Shown: positions 10,017 to 19,061 of the stretch, one piece after another
How positions within the stretch are numbered: the first letter of the stretch is position 1
Layout: each line of letters starts with the position of its first letter
Source: Fastidiosibacter lacustris
GTDB taxonomy: Bacteria; Pseudomonadota; Gammaproteobacteria; Francisellales; Francisellaceae
Direction of reading: 5' to 3'
DNA: 32,000 bases
Assembly: GCF_003428155.1 (NCBI RefSeq)
Contig: NZ_QLIR01000003.1
Coordinates: forward strand, 90,001-122,000
The notes under the pieces: generated by a model
Seen by the model: only the letters and a program-made list of their open reading frames with translations
Told to the model about the DNA's origin: nothing
The model's database searches: none
Program-made: the position numbers and the translations under genes

Positions 10017-10955
10017 ATGTTTGGTTATATAGTGAGACGTTTAGGTGGCGCCATTCCCACCTTATTTGTGGTGGTATTAATTAGCTTTTTAATGGTGCAT
10101 ATGACCCCTGGAGATCCTTTTGCAACAGAGCGTGCACTGCCTCCAGAAGTGTTAAAACAACTTCATCATCAATATCGTTTAGATTTACCGCTTTGGAAAC
10201 AGTTTTTATATTATTTAAATGATTTGATTCATGGTAATTTGGGGTATTCCTATAAGTATCAAGGCCAATCAATTAATCAGCTTGTTTTTCCAGCAGGTGC
10301 TCAAGGTGGTTTTTGGGTGTCAGTACAGTTGGGTATGTTTAGTATTATTTTGGCAAGTATTTTGGGTGTGATTTTTGGTGCTTTCTCAGCGCTTACACGT
10401 AATACTAAATTTAACTTTATAGACCACATTATCGGTGTGGTTGCAATGTCGTTTATCTCAACACCTATCGTAGTAACAGCGCCTTTAGCGGTACTTATAT
10501 TTGCTGTTATTCTAGGTTTGTTTCCGGCAGGAGGCTGGGGGTCGTGGAGCGATATGGTTCTACCTGTGATCGTATTGGCGATCCCTTATATTGCGATTAT
10601 TACCCAAATTACAAGAAGTAGCTTGATTGAAATCATGAGCTCTCCATTTATTCGTACTGCTAAAGCTAAGGGTTTATCCATGCCACGAATTGTCTGGAGG
10701 CATGCGCTTAAGCCTTCACTTATGCCCGTGGTATCTTTTTTAGGACCAGCTGCTGCAGGGATCTTAACAGGTTCGGTTGTTGTGGAAACTGTTTTCACAA
10801 TTCCTGGTATTGGCGTTCAAGTGGTACAAGGTGCAATAAACCGTGATTATAATCTTGTCTTGACCTTAACGATTATTTATAGCTTATTGGTGATTTTATT
10901 TAACTTAATTGTTGATATTATATATGCCTTTTTAGATCCAAAAATTCGTTATTAG
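10017..10955 (+). CDS. oppB: Peptide ABC transporter permease (OppB/DppB type)
   Basis: 312-aa ORF with 6 TM segments. N-terminus MFGYIVRRLGGAIPTLFVV and the EAA-loop region SPFIRTAKAKGLSMPRIVWRHALKPSL are typical of OppB. Confidence 0.9.
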   Translation: MFGYIVRRLGGAIPTLFVVVLISFLMVHMTPGDPFATERALPPEVLKQLHHQYRLDLPLWKQFLYYLNDLIHGNLGYSYKYQGQSINQLVFPAGAQGGFWVSVQLGMFSIILASILGVIFGAFSALTRNTKFNFIDHIIGVVAMSFISTPIVVTAPLAVLIFAVILGLFPAGGWGSWSDMVLPVIVLAIPYIAIITQITRSSLIEIMSSPFIRTAKAKGLSMPRIVWRHALKPSLMPVVSFLGPAAAGILTGSVVVETVFTIPGIGVQVVQGAINRDYNLVLTLTIIYSLLVILFNLIVDIIYAFLDPKIRY

Positions 10956-10967
10956 GGAGAAGCGATC

Positions 10968-11903
10968 ATGGCAAAAAGTTTCACAGTTGAACAAAAAAAG
11001 AAAAATGCAAATTTCTTAGAAGAGGTCGCTAATACTTCACATGAGCAATCGTTTAAGGGTAGGAGCCTTTATTATGACGCTTGGGAGCGTTTTAGAAAGA
11101 ATAAAATAGCGATGATTAGTCTTATGATATTAGGATTAATCGTGTTGGCAGTGATTGTATTACCTTGGTTTTCACCTTATACCTATGCTCATCAAAACCT
11201 AACAGAGGTTTATCAAGCACCAAGTTCTAAGCATTGGTTTGGTACGGATAGTTTGGGACGTGATGTATTTACCAGAGTAATGGTTGGCGGACGTGTGACC
11301 TTGCAAATTGGTTTGGTGGCAACCCTCGTTAGTGTGATTATTGGTACATTAATAGGCGCTACAGCGGGATTTTTTGGAAATAAAATTGATAATATTTTAA
11401 TGCGTATTGTCGATGTGCTTTATGGCTTACCATTTATGTTCTTTGCAATCTTATTGGTCACACTTTTGGGGCGCAATTTTGTGTTGGTGTTTATTGCCAT
11501 TGGTGCGGTAAGTTGGTTGGATATGGCACGTGTTGTGCGTGGACAAACCTTAAGTTTAAAGAGCAAAGAATTTATTGAAGCAGCTTATGTGTGTGGCGTA
11601 AAAGAGCACACTATCATTACCCGTCATATTGTTAGAAATCTAATTGGTATTATTGCTGTGTATATTACATTAACTGTACCTGTTGTGATTATGGTAGCCG
11701 CATTTTTAAGTTTTTTGGGGTTAGGCGTCCAACCACCAATGACAGATTGGGGTGGACTTATCAGTGATGGTGTACAGGTCATTGCTTTCAATTATTGGTG
11801 GCTACTTATTATTCCTTCAATTTTCTTAACTACGACCTTGTTATGTTTTAATTTTGTCGGTAATGGTTTAAGAGATGCACTTGATCCACGTGAACATCGT
11901 TAG
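10968..11903 (+). CDS. oppC: Peptide ABC transporter permease (OppC/DppC type)
   Basis: 311-aa ORF with a GGGAGAAG SD. Segments HWFGTDSLGRDVFTRV and KEFIEAAYVCGVKEHTIITRHIVRN are typical of OppC. Confidence 0.9.
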   Translation: MAKSFTVEQKKKNANFLEEVANTSHEQSFKGRSLYYDAWERFRKNKIAMISLMILGLIVLAVIVLPWFSPYTYAHQNLTEVYQAPSSKHWFGTDSLGRDVFTRVMVGGRVTLQIGLVATLVSVIIGTLIGATAGFFGNKIDNILMRIVDVLYGLPFMFFAILLVTLLGRNFVLVFIAIGAVSWLDMARVVRGQTLSLKSKEFIEAAYVCGVKEHTIITRHIVRNLIGIIAVYITLTVPVVIMVAAFLSFLGLGVQPPMTDWGGLISDGVQVIAFNYWWLLIIPSIFLTTTLLCFNFVGNGLRDALDPREHR

Positions 11904-11915
11904 GAGGAAAGAAAT

Positions 11916-12896
11916 ATGTCACTATTAGTCGCAAAAGATTTAGAAGTAAAATTTAAAACCAACGATGGACTCGTTAGTGCAGTTAACAAAATTAGCTTTA
12001 GCTTAAACCAAGGCGAAACTTTAGGAATCGTAGGAGAATCAGGTTCAGGTAAAAGCCAAACCGTTTTGGCATTAATGGGGTTATCAGCTTCAAATGCAGT
12101 GATTTCAGGGTCGGTTAAGTTTGATAAAGAAGAGCTAATTGGAATGCCAATAGCGGCATTAAATAAGGTTCGTGGGGATAAAATATCCATGATTTTCCAA
12201 GATCCAATGACCTCGTTAAACCCTTATCTTACAGTTGAAAATCAATTAAGTGAAACCCTGATTACCCATCGCAATTGCTCGAAAGCGGAAGCTAGAAGAA
12301 AGGCGATTGAAATGTTAGATGCAGTACATATTCCAGATGCCAAGAATCGTATTAAGTTATACCCACATGAATTTTCAGGTGGGATGCGACAACGTGTGAT
12401 GATTGCAATGGCTTTAATGTGTCGACCTAAACTGTTAATCGCAGATGAGCCAACAACTGCGTTAGATGTAACTGTTCAAGCACAGATTTTAAAGCTATTA
12501 AAAGAATTGCAAAATGAATTTAAAATGGCAACGATTTTGATTACTCATGATATTGGTGTAGTTGCAGGTGCTTGTGATCGGGTGATGGTGATGTATGGTG
12601 GTTCAGCTGTTGAGTCGGCAGCTGTAGATGATTTATTTATATATAGTCATCATCCTTATACTAAAGGCTTAATGGCTGCAACGCCTCGCGTTGATATCCC
12701 AAGTACACGTTTACAAGCCATTCCCGGGGAACCACCTGATTTATCTAATTTACCACGGGGCTGTGCGTTTGCACCAAGATGTGCATTTACATTGACAACG
12801 TGTGCGATGCAAAAACCTACTTTGAAAAATTTAGACAAGGAAAATACACATTTAGTTGCATGTTTTTATACACAACAACGATTGGAGACAGTATAG
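11916..12896 (+). CDS. oppD: Peptide ABC transporter ATP-binding protein (OppD type)
   Basis: Walker A GESGSGKS, signature FSGGMRQR, Walker B LLIADEPTTALD, and a C-terminal oligopeptide-transporter extension (HPYTKGL...PRGCAFAPRC). An AGGAGG SD is present. Confidence 0.92.
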   Translation: MSLLVAKDLEVKFKTNDGLVSAVNKISFSLNQGETLGIVGESGSGKSQTVLALMGLSASNAVISGSVKFDKEELIGMPIAALNKVRGDKISMIFQDPMTSLNPYLTVENQLSETLITHRNCSKAEARRKAIEMLDAVHIPDAKNRIKLYPHEFSGGMRQRVMIAMALMCRPKLLIADEPTTALDVTVQAQILKLLKELQNEFKMATILITHDIGVVAGACDRVMVMYGGSAVESAAVDDLFIYSHHPYTKGLMAATPRVDIPSTRLQAIPGEPPDLSNLPRGCAFAPRCAFTLTTCAMQKPTLKNLDKENTHLVACFYTQQRLETV

Positions 12897-13880
12897 ATGA
12901 GCACTGCAGAAGCATTATTGACGATTGAAAATTTAAAAGTATATTTTCCACTTAAAAAAACTTGGCCTTGGCAACAGACAAGATTTGTTAAAGCAGTTGA
13001 TGGTGTATCATTTGAGGTTAAAAAAGGTGAAACATTGGGTATTGTTGGTGAGTCTGGTTGTGGTAAATCAACCTTAATTCGTGCTGTTGTAGGTTTAGTG
13101 GGGGCTACAGAAGGTAAAGTCGTGTGGGCAGGCAAAGACTTAACTGCATTAAAAAGTAAAAAATCTTGGCAACCCGTACGTAAAGAAATTCAAATGATCT
13201 TCCAAGACCCTTTTGCTTCACTTAATCCGCGTATTACTATTGGTAATATTATTGCGGAACCCCTAAAAGTGCATGAACCACATTTGTCAGTATCACAAAG
13301 GCGTGAACGTGTTGAGCAGATGATGCGGATGGTAGGTTTGTCTCCCAAACATATTAACCGTTATTCTCATCAGTTTTCAGGTGGTCAATGCCAGCGTGTG
13401 GGTATTGCTCGTGCCTTGATTTTAAAGCCTTCTATCTTGGTTTGTGATGAGCCTGTAAGTGCTTTAGATGTTTCAATTCAAGCACAAGTGGTAAACCTAT
13501 TAAAAGAGTTACAACAAACGCTTGGGTTGACAATTTTATTCATTGCCCACAACTTAAGTGTGGTAAAGCATATTTCCGATCGAATTATGGTGATGTATTT
13601 AGGTAATGTAATGGAAGTTGGTGAATCTAAGTCTTTATGTGATTCTCCTCAACATCCTTATACGAAAGCATTATTGTCAGCTGTACCCTTACCAGATCCA
13701 GCGTTAGAACGAAATAAACAAATTCAAATTTTGGAAGGTGACTTGCCTTCGCCTATTAATCCACCATCAGGATGTGTGTTTCGTACACGTTGCCCATTAG
13801 CAGATGAGATTTGTGTTAAAGAGAAGCCTAAACTTCATGAAGTCACCAACGACAGAAAAGCTGCATGTATTAAGATATAA
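12897..13880 (+). CDS. oppF: Peptide ABC transporter ATP-binding protein (OppF type)
   Basis: Walker A GESGCGKS, signature FSGGQCQR, Walker B ILVCDEPVSALD, C-terminal HPYTKALLSAVP...SGCVFRTRCP. The ATG directly abuts the oppD TAG stop. Confidence 0.92.
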   Translation: MSTAEALLTIENLKVYFPLKKTWPWQQTRFVKAVDGVSFEVKKGETLGIVGESGCGKSTLIRAVVGLVGATEGKVVWAGKDLTALKSKKSWQPVRKEIQMIFQDPFASLNPRITIGNIIAEPLKVHEPHLSVSQRRERVEQMMRMVGLSPKHINRYSHQFSGGQCQRVGIARALILKPSILVCDEPVSALDVSIQAQVVNLLKELQQTLGLTILFIAHNLSVVKHISDRIMVMYLGNVMEVGESKSLCDSPQHPYTKALLSAVPLPDPALERNKQIQILEGDLPSPINPPSGCVFRTRCPLADEICVKEKPKLHEVTNDRKAACIKI

Positions 13881-13891
13881 ACGGGGTAAGT

Positions 13892-13942
13892 AATGTTGAA
13901 ATAAGTTAATTAAAAATAATTGTTTAGAGCAACATTTTTTTT
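13892..13942 (+). terminator. Candidate Rho-independent terminator after oppF
   Basis: AATGTTG (13892-13898) pairs with CAACATT (13930-13936), with further AT-rich pairing possible inside the long loop. A run of 8 T follows immediately (13935-13942). The stem is AT-rich with a long loop, so this is a weak call. Confidence 0.45.
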
Positions 13943-13989
13943 GATTACAATATCTTAATAGATAAGACTTAAGAATGATGTGAATTTTT

Positions 13990-15213
13990 ATGTTAGACAT
14001 TCAAAACATTCGTCGCGATTTCCCCTTTTTAAAACAAATGGTTCATGGCAAGCCAGTTGTTTTTTTAGATACAGGCGCATCAGCGCAAAAACCAAATGTA
14101 GTGATTGATGCCGTTAAAGAAAGTTATACCAATGACTATGCGAATGTTCATCGTGGTGTGTATTATCTTAGTGATCAAGCCACTGAAAAATATGAAGGTA
14201 CGCGCAAGGTCGTACAGAACTTTCTCAATGCAGAAAAGCTTGAGGAGATTATTTTTACAAAAGGCACAACCGAGTCGATTAACCTGGTGGCAAGCTCACT
14301 ATTAGATGATTATTTTGAAGTTGGTGACGAAATTCTCATCACCGAAATGGAGCACCATGCCAATATCGTACCCTGGCAATTAATGAGTAAACACAAGCCG
14401 TTAGTGATTAAATATATTCCTGTGACAGATAAAGGCGAGCTTGATTTGTCGGCTTTACCTTCACTTTTAAAAGCTAAAACCAAACTTATTTCTTTAACAC
14501 ATTGTTCAAATGTGCTCGGTACGATAAATCCAATTAAAGAGATTATTCAACAAATTCGTCAAAACTATCCTGATATTGCTATTATGGTTGATGGTGCACA
14601 ATCGATTGTTCATCAAAAAGTCGATGTACGTGATTTAGATTGTGACTTTTTCGCTTTCTCATCTCATAAGCTTTATGGTACAACAGGGGTAGGAGTACTC
14701 TATGCTAAAGAAAAATGGCATTGGCTTATGTCACCTTATCAAGGTGGGGGAGATATGATTAAACTTGTTACGATGCAGCAAACGACTTTTGCTGATCCTC
14801 CCTATAAGTTTGAAGCAGGGACACCTGATATTATTGGTGTGATTGGTTTGTCAAAAGCAATAGAATATGTGCAAGGCGTTGGAATGGATAATATTTCTGC
14901 ACATGAACAAGCATTATTACAATATGCAACAAAATCTTTAAAAACCATTCCAGGTTTGCGAATTTTAGGTGAAAGTGAACACAAGGCAGCTGTCATTACA
15001 TTTGTCATTGATGGCTTTCACGCTAATGATTTAGGGACTTTGTTAGATTTGTCTGGGATATGTGTACGCACAGGACATCATTGCGCACAGCCGTTATTAC
15101 AACGCTTTAATGTGCCTTCTACGGTGCGTGCTTCATTTGGTATTTATAATACTCAAGAAGATGTAGATGCCTTGATAAAAGGACTGAATAAAGCAATGAA
15201 AATGTTGAACTGA
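13990..15213 (+). CDS. sufS: Cysteine desulfurase, group II (SufS/CsdA type), PLP-dependent
   Basis: 407-aa ORF. Motifs are NVHRGVYYLSDQATEKYE, the PLP-lysine motif FSSHKLYG and the active-site Cys motif RTGHHCAQP. No sufBCD, sufE or csdE gene is in the window. Confidence 0.88.
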   Translation: MLDIQNIRRDFPFLKQMVHGKPVVFLDTGASAQKPNVVIDAVKESYTNDYANVHRGVYYLSDQATEKYEGTRKVVQNFLNAEKLEEIIFTKGTTESINLVASSLLDDYFEVGDEILITEMEHHANIVPWQLMSKHKPLVIKYIPVTDKGELDLSALPSLLKAKTKLISLTHCSNVLGTINPIKEIIQQIRQNYPDIAIMVDGAQSIVHQKVDVRDLDCDFFAFSSHKLYGTTGVGVLYAKEKWHWLMSPYQGGGDMIKLVTMQQTTFADPPYKFEAGTPDIIGVIGLSKAIEYVQGVGMDNISAHEQALLQYATKSLKTIPGLRILGESEHKAAVITFVIDGFHANDLGTLLDLSGICVRTGHHCAQPLLQRFNVPSTVRASFGIYNTQEDVDALIKGLNKAMKMLN

Positions 15214-15219
15214 TGACGT

Positions 15220-16677
15220 TTACCAAGCAGGAATCGCAGCATCATCTGGATAAAGTTTTTCAGCTAATTTTTTGACCTGGGGAGATTGGTAGGCTTGGAT
15301 AAATTTCCTTAATAGAGGATTATTTTTATTATTGTCACGAATGACAATAATATTAGCAAAAGGCGAATCTTTAGACTCAACAAAAAGGGCTTGTTTTAGC
15401 GTTAAATTTGCTTTGGGTAAAAAATCATTGTTAATCACTGCAAGGGTTACACTACTTAAGTTATTTGGTATTTGGTCGGCTTGTAATGGAATAATTTGCA
15501 GTTTATAAGGATTATCAGTGATATCGCTTAGCGTTGCTTTCCAACTTGCTCTAGTTTTAAGTTGTATGAGTCCTGCATCAGCAAGTATCATTAAAGCACG
15601 ACCTCTGTTAGTTGGATCATTTGGGATGGCTACTTTAGCCCCCATAGGGACTTCTTTCAGTGAGTTGATCTTAATTGAAAAGACGCCCATAGGATAAATA
15701 AAGGTTTTTCCAATTTCAGTCAGCTTATAGCCAAACTCTTTTATTTGGTTTTCTAAAAATGGGATATGTTGAAATACATTAGCATCAATATCACCATTAT
15801 TTAAGGCACGATTAGGAAGATTATAGTCGCCAAATGAAACAAGTTTAACATTTAAACCATATTCATTTTTGGCTACTTGTTGTGCCATTTCCATGACCTT
15901 TTGCTGCTCAGATGATTGTGCATAACCAACAGTAATTATATTTTTATTTTGTGTGTCCTGATAAGCGTTATAGCCAATTTGTGCAATTGAAGCTAACACT
16001 AAGATGCCAGCAAGTACCCACATACTGGTAAGTTTTTTCGTATTTGTTAAGTAATTACCATAAGATTGACATAATTGCACTAAAACAATGAGTAAGATGA
16101 CACCACCATATAACAAGAAATAATTGCCATTGTTATAACCTTGGAAATAGGTAAGGTCACCAAGTCCACCACCACCAACGATCCCAGCCATTGCAGAATA
16201 ACCAATAAGACCAATAGTAGTTAAGGTAGCTGAATCTACTAATAGCGTTTTGGCTTCAGGTAATAAAACTTTAAAAATGATTTGCAGTTTAGTGGCTCCC
16301 ATAGCATTGGCTGCTTCGATAAGACCTTTATCTACCTCTGAGATGGCTGACTCGGTTAAACGTGCATAAAATGGTAGCGCAGCTATGGCTAAAGGCACAA
16401 TTGATGCAGTTGTGCCAATTGTCGTGCCAACGATTATTTTTGTTATTGGGTAAAGCAATATCAATAAAATAATATATGGGATGGAACGCGTGATATTCAC
16501 AATAAAACCAATCACTTGGTTAAACAAACGGATGCTTAAGTTTTGTTTGTTGTGTGATAAATACAGAAGCACACCCAATATTAAACCGCCAATTATTGCA
16601 ATAGCAGTGGCAATAAATACCATATAAATGGTTTGCCAAGTTGCAAGTGCCAAACTAGAAAGCATTGATTGTAGCAT
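15220..16677 (-). CDS. metIQ: Methionine ABC importer, fused MetI permease and MetQ substrate-binding domains
   Basis: 485-aa continuous ORF. The N-terminal ~215 aa is a MetI-type permease with EAA loop (IEAANAMGATKLQIIFKVLLPEA). An extra hydrophobic helix follows (MWVLAGILVLASIAQIGY), then an NlpA/MetQ-like domain (ITVGYAQSSEQQ..., DANVFQHIPFLENQ, IPNDPTNRGRALMIL). A GAGGT SD is present. The gene overlaps the metN stop by 23 nt. Confidence 0.88.
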   Translation of the reverse strand: MLQSMLSSLALATWQTIYMVFIATAIAIIGGLILGVLLYLSHNKQNLSIRLFNQVIGFIVNITRSIPYIILLILLYPITKIIVGTTIGTTASIVPLAIAALPFYARLTESAISEVDKGLIEAANAMGATKLQIIFKVLLPEAKTLLVDSATLTTIGLIGYSAMAGIVGGGGLGDLTYFQGYNNGNYFLLYGGVILLIVLVQLCQSYGNYLTNTKKLTSMWVLAGILVLASIAQIGYNAYQDTQNKNIITVGYAQSSEQQKVMEMAQQVAKNEYGLNVKLVSFGDYNLPNRALNNGDIDANVFQHIPFLENQIKEFGYKLTEIGKTFIYPMGVFSIKINSLKEVPMGAKVAIPNDPTNRGRALMILADAGLIQLKTRASWKATLSDITDNPYKLQIIPLQADQIPNNLSSVTLAVINNDFLPKANLTLKQALFVESKDSPFANIIVIRDNNKNNPLLRKFIQAYQSPQVKKLAEKLYPDDAAIPAW

Positions 16678-17707
16678 AACCGATTACCTCGATTTTGATT
16701 TGTTGTTGATGCAAAAAGCCTAATGCCTTTTCCCAGTTATCTTTCTCACCTAACATATGGCAAATAGTGATCCCAACTGATTGAGCTTGAATACGTTCGA
16801 TGTTGGCCTGAATAATGTTACAAGAGACTTTAAATTTGCTATTTAGCTCAGCAATCACAGGTGTAGTAATACTGTCTCCTAGAAAAGTCATTTTGATAAC
16901 AGGAGATAAGTGTTCAGCCTGATAAGGGTCATTGTAAAGTTTGCTTTGAATTTCTTCAGGTAATTTCAAGTGCATGCTATTTTCAGTAAAGCTTTTGGCA
17001 ATAGCGGTTTTGGGGCTTAAAAAAAGCTCTGTAACGGTTCCAGTTTCTTGAATTTCACCTTCATCAATAATTGCTACCTGATCACAAATTTTACGGATAA
17101 CGTCCATTTCATGCGTGATTAAAATGATAGTAAGGTTAAGCTCTTTATTTAGCCTTTTGAGCAGCGTTAGAATTTGATCTGTTGTTTCAGGATCAAGCGC
17201 TGAAGTCGCCTCATCACATAAAAGCGCAACTGGTTCTGACGCTAAAGCGCGTGCAATAGCAACACGTTGTTTTTGACCACCACTTAACTCATCTGGATAA
17301 CTACGTGCTTTTTGATCTAAACCAACTAGTGTTAATAATTCATTTACTTTGGTGTGAATTTTGTCCTTGCTAACATGTTGCAATTCAAGTGGAAAAGAAA
17401 TATTGTCATAAACCGTCCGTGAAGACAATAAGTTAAAATGTTGAAAGATCATACCAATTTTTTGACGTGCTTTTCTTAGCTTCTCATTTGAAAGCTTGGT
17501 AATATCTTCACCATTAATCAAAATATGACCTTCGCTTGGAGCTTCGAGCAAATTAATACATCGAATAAGTGTACTTTTACCAGCGCCGCTTTTACCAATA
17601 ATGCCAAATACTTGACCATCTTGGATTTTAAGATTGATTCCTTTAAGGGCAACGTGACGAGCATGCTTGGTTAGGTATTCTTTTTTTAGATTTTGAATTT
17701 CAATCAT
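16655..17707 (-). CDS. metN: Methionine ABC importer ATP-binding protein
   Basis: Walker A GKSGAGKS, signature LSGGQKQR, Walker B LLCDEATSALD, plus a ~100-aa C-terminal regulatory (NIL-like) domain. An AGAGGTGG SD is present. Confidence 0.9.
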   Translation of the reverse strand: MIEIQNLKKEYLTKHARHVALKGINLKIQDGQVFGIIGKSGAGKSTLIRCINLLEAPSEGHILINGEDITKLSNEKLRKARQKIGMIFQHFNLLSSRTVYDNISFPLELQHVSKDKIHTKVNELLTLVGLDQKARSYPDELSGGQKQRVAIARALASEPVALLCDEATSALDPETTDQILTLLKRLNKELNLTIILITHEMDVIRKICDQVAIIDEGEIQETGTVTELFLSPKTAIAKSFTENSMHLKLPEEIQSKLYNDPYQAEHLSPVIKMTFLGDSITTPVIAELNSKFKVSCNIIQANIERIQAQSVGITICHMLGEKDNWEKALGFLHQQQIKIEVIGYATINAF

Positions 17708-17802
17708 CCTATTTTTCCACCTCTTTTTTATAAAAAATTAAATATAATTCGATTTGAATAATTTTTTGTCACACCCTTAAAGTTGAAGTGGTTAAAAGTA
17801 TA

Positions 17803-17819
17803 ATGCTATTATTTAGCAT
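17803..17819 (-). terminator. Weak hairpin downstream of the Bcr/CflA gene (possible terminator)
   Basis: ATGCTA-ttatt-TAGCAT forms a 6-bp stem. On the - strand it is followed by TATACTTTT. Low GC and a short T-run make this a weak call. Confidence 0.2.
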
Positions 17820-17843
17820 GTGCTATTCCAATTGCGAAGCATT

Positions 17844-19052
17844 TTATTGGGTTTGATGGCGAGGGAATTTGCGATGAGTATAAGCAATAAGAATAATAAT
17901 ACTCAAAACTGATAATATGGTAAAACTGATTGGCATTGAGAGCGTATCACTTAATGGCAATATCGTTATAATTGCAGTGATTAATGAAGCAGTTCCCATT
18001 TGAAAAAAACCCATCATTGCGGATGCTGAACCTGCAGTTATGGTAAAAGGTGCCAAGGCTTTAGCAGTAGCAATCGGTATGACAAAGGCAATACCAGTGA
18101 AAAGAATAATAACGGGAATTAGTAAACTATATAAATGTACTATGTCAAATAGCATAAAAATTAACAGCAATAATGCGCCACAAAGACTAATTAACATGCC
18201 AACAAGTAAAATGCCATTTTGACTCATTTTATGGCAAAGATAAGTGCATAGTATAGAACCAAGCATAAAAGCAAATACAATCCCTGCTGCGATGACGATA
18301 AACCAAATCTTTTGTAAGTGCAAAATGTTAATTACAATGCCAGGTGCCTCAACCAAACAGCTATAAACCATCCCAATATTTAAACCTAAAATACATAAAT
18401 AGACAAAATAGCCGCGTGTACCATATAAGCTCCAATAATTAATGACAAATTTGTATGGTCGTGTAGCACCATAATTTTTTTGCTTTAAAGTTTCTGGAAA
18501 TAACCAGATAACAAAAATAAGCAAAATAATTGACAGCACAAATAAAACAATAAAGTTAAATTGCCAAGGCACAAAGGTTCCAACGATTGCACCAGCACCT
18601 GGTGCAATTGCAAAGGCAGTATTCATCTTGGCAAACACTTTACCTTGATCTTTTTGCAAAAAAGCATCTCTTACGGCAGCGCTAGAAATAACAGCCCCAG
18701 CACATGCACCAAACCCTTGTAAAAAACGAGCAAAAATCAAAATCACAATATTAGGGCTCATCAGACAAATTGTAGAACCAATAAGGAAAATGACAGAACC
18801 AATAATCATAATTGGCTTACGACCAAAACGATCTGAAAACGGACCATATAGGATTTGACTGATAGAATAACCTAAAAGATAAAAAGTAATCGTCAATTGA
18901 ACATTATGATAGGGAGTGTTGAAGGCTTCAGCAATACTTGGTAATGAAGGTGCATAAATGGTATCACCAAAAGGACCTACTGAAATCATCAATACCAAAA
19001 TAAAGAGTGATGGAGTGATAAAAGCAGCAGCCTTACTTGTTGTTTGATTCAT
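17844..19052 (-). CDS. Bcr/CflA-family MFS efflux transporter
   Basis: 402-aa ORF with 12 TM segments. The N-terminal signature is YAPSLPSIAEAFNTPYHNVQLTITFYLLGYSISQILYGPFSDRFGRKPIM. The start lies 9 nt after the bamB stop. Confidence 0.85.
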   Translation of the reverse strand: MNQTTSKAAAFITPSLFILVLMISVGPFGDTIYAPSLPSIAEAFNTPYHNVQLTITFYLLGYSISQILYGPFSDRFGRKPIMIIGSVIFLIGSTICLMSPNIVILIFARFLQGFGACAGAVISSAAVRDAFLQKDQGKVFAKMNTAFAIAPGAGAIVGTFVPWQFNFIVLFVLSIILLIFVIWLFPETLKQKNYGATRPYKFVINYWSLYGTRGYFVYLCILGLNIGMVYSCLVEAPGIVINILHLQKIWFIVIAAGIVFAFMLGSILCTYLCHKMSQNGILLVGMLISLCGALLLLIFMLFDIVHLYSLLIPVIILFTGIAFVIPIATAKALAPFTITAGSASAMMGFFQMGTASLITAIITILPLSDTLSMPISFTILSVLSIIILIAYTHRKFPRHQTQ

Positions 19053-19061
19053 CTTTTTACT

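Noticed and set aside
11900-13135. Antisense ORFs 11900-12190(-) and 12866-13135(-) opposite oppD and oppF
   Set aside because: They are shadow frames lying exactly opposite the Walker-A regions of well-supported ABC ATPase genes. They have no SD and a low-complexity Pro/Ser/Thr composition typical of antisense translation.
17708-17843. SAM riboswitch or MetJ boxes upstream of metN
   Set aside because: The leader is only about 136 nt and very AT-rich. It has no AGACGTCT-type MetJ repeats and no stem arrangement I can match to SAM-I, SAM-II or SAM-V. Only a weak hairpin (17803-17819) is present, and it is better explained as the end of the upstream gene.
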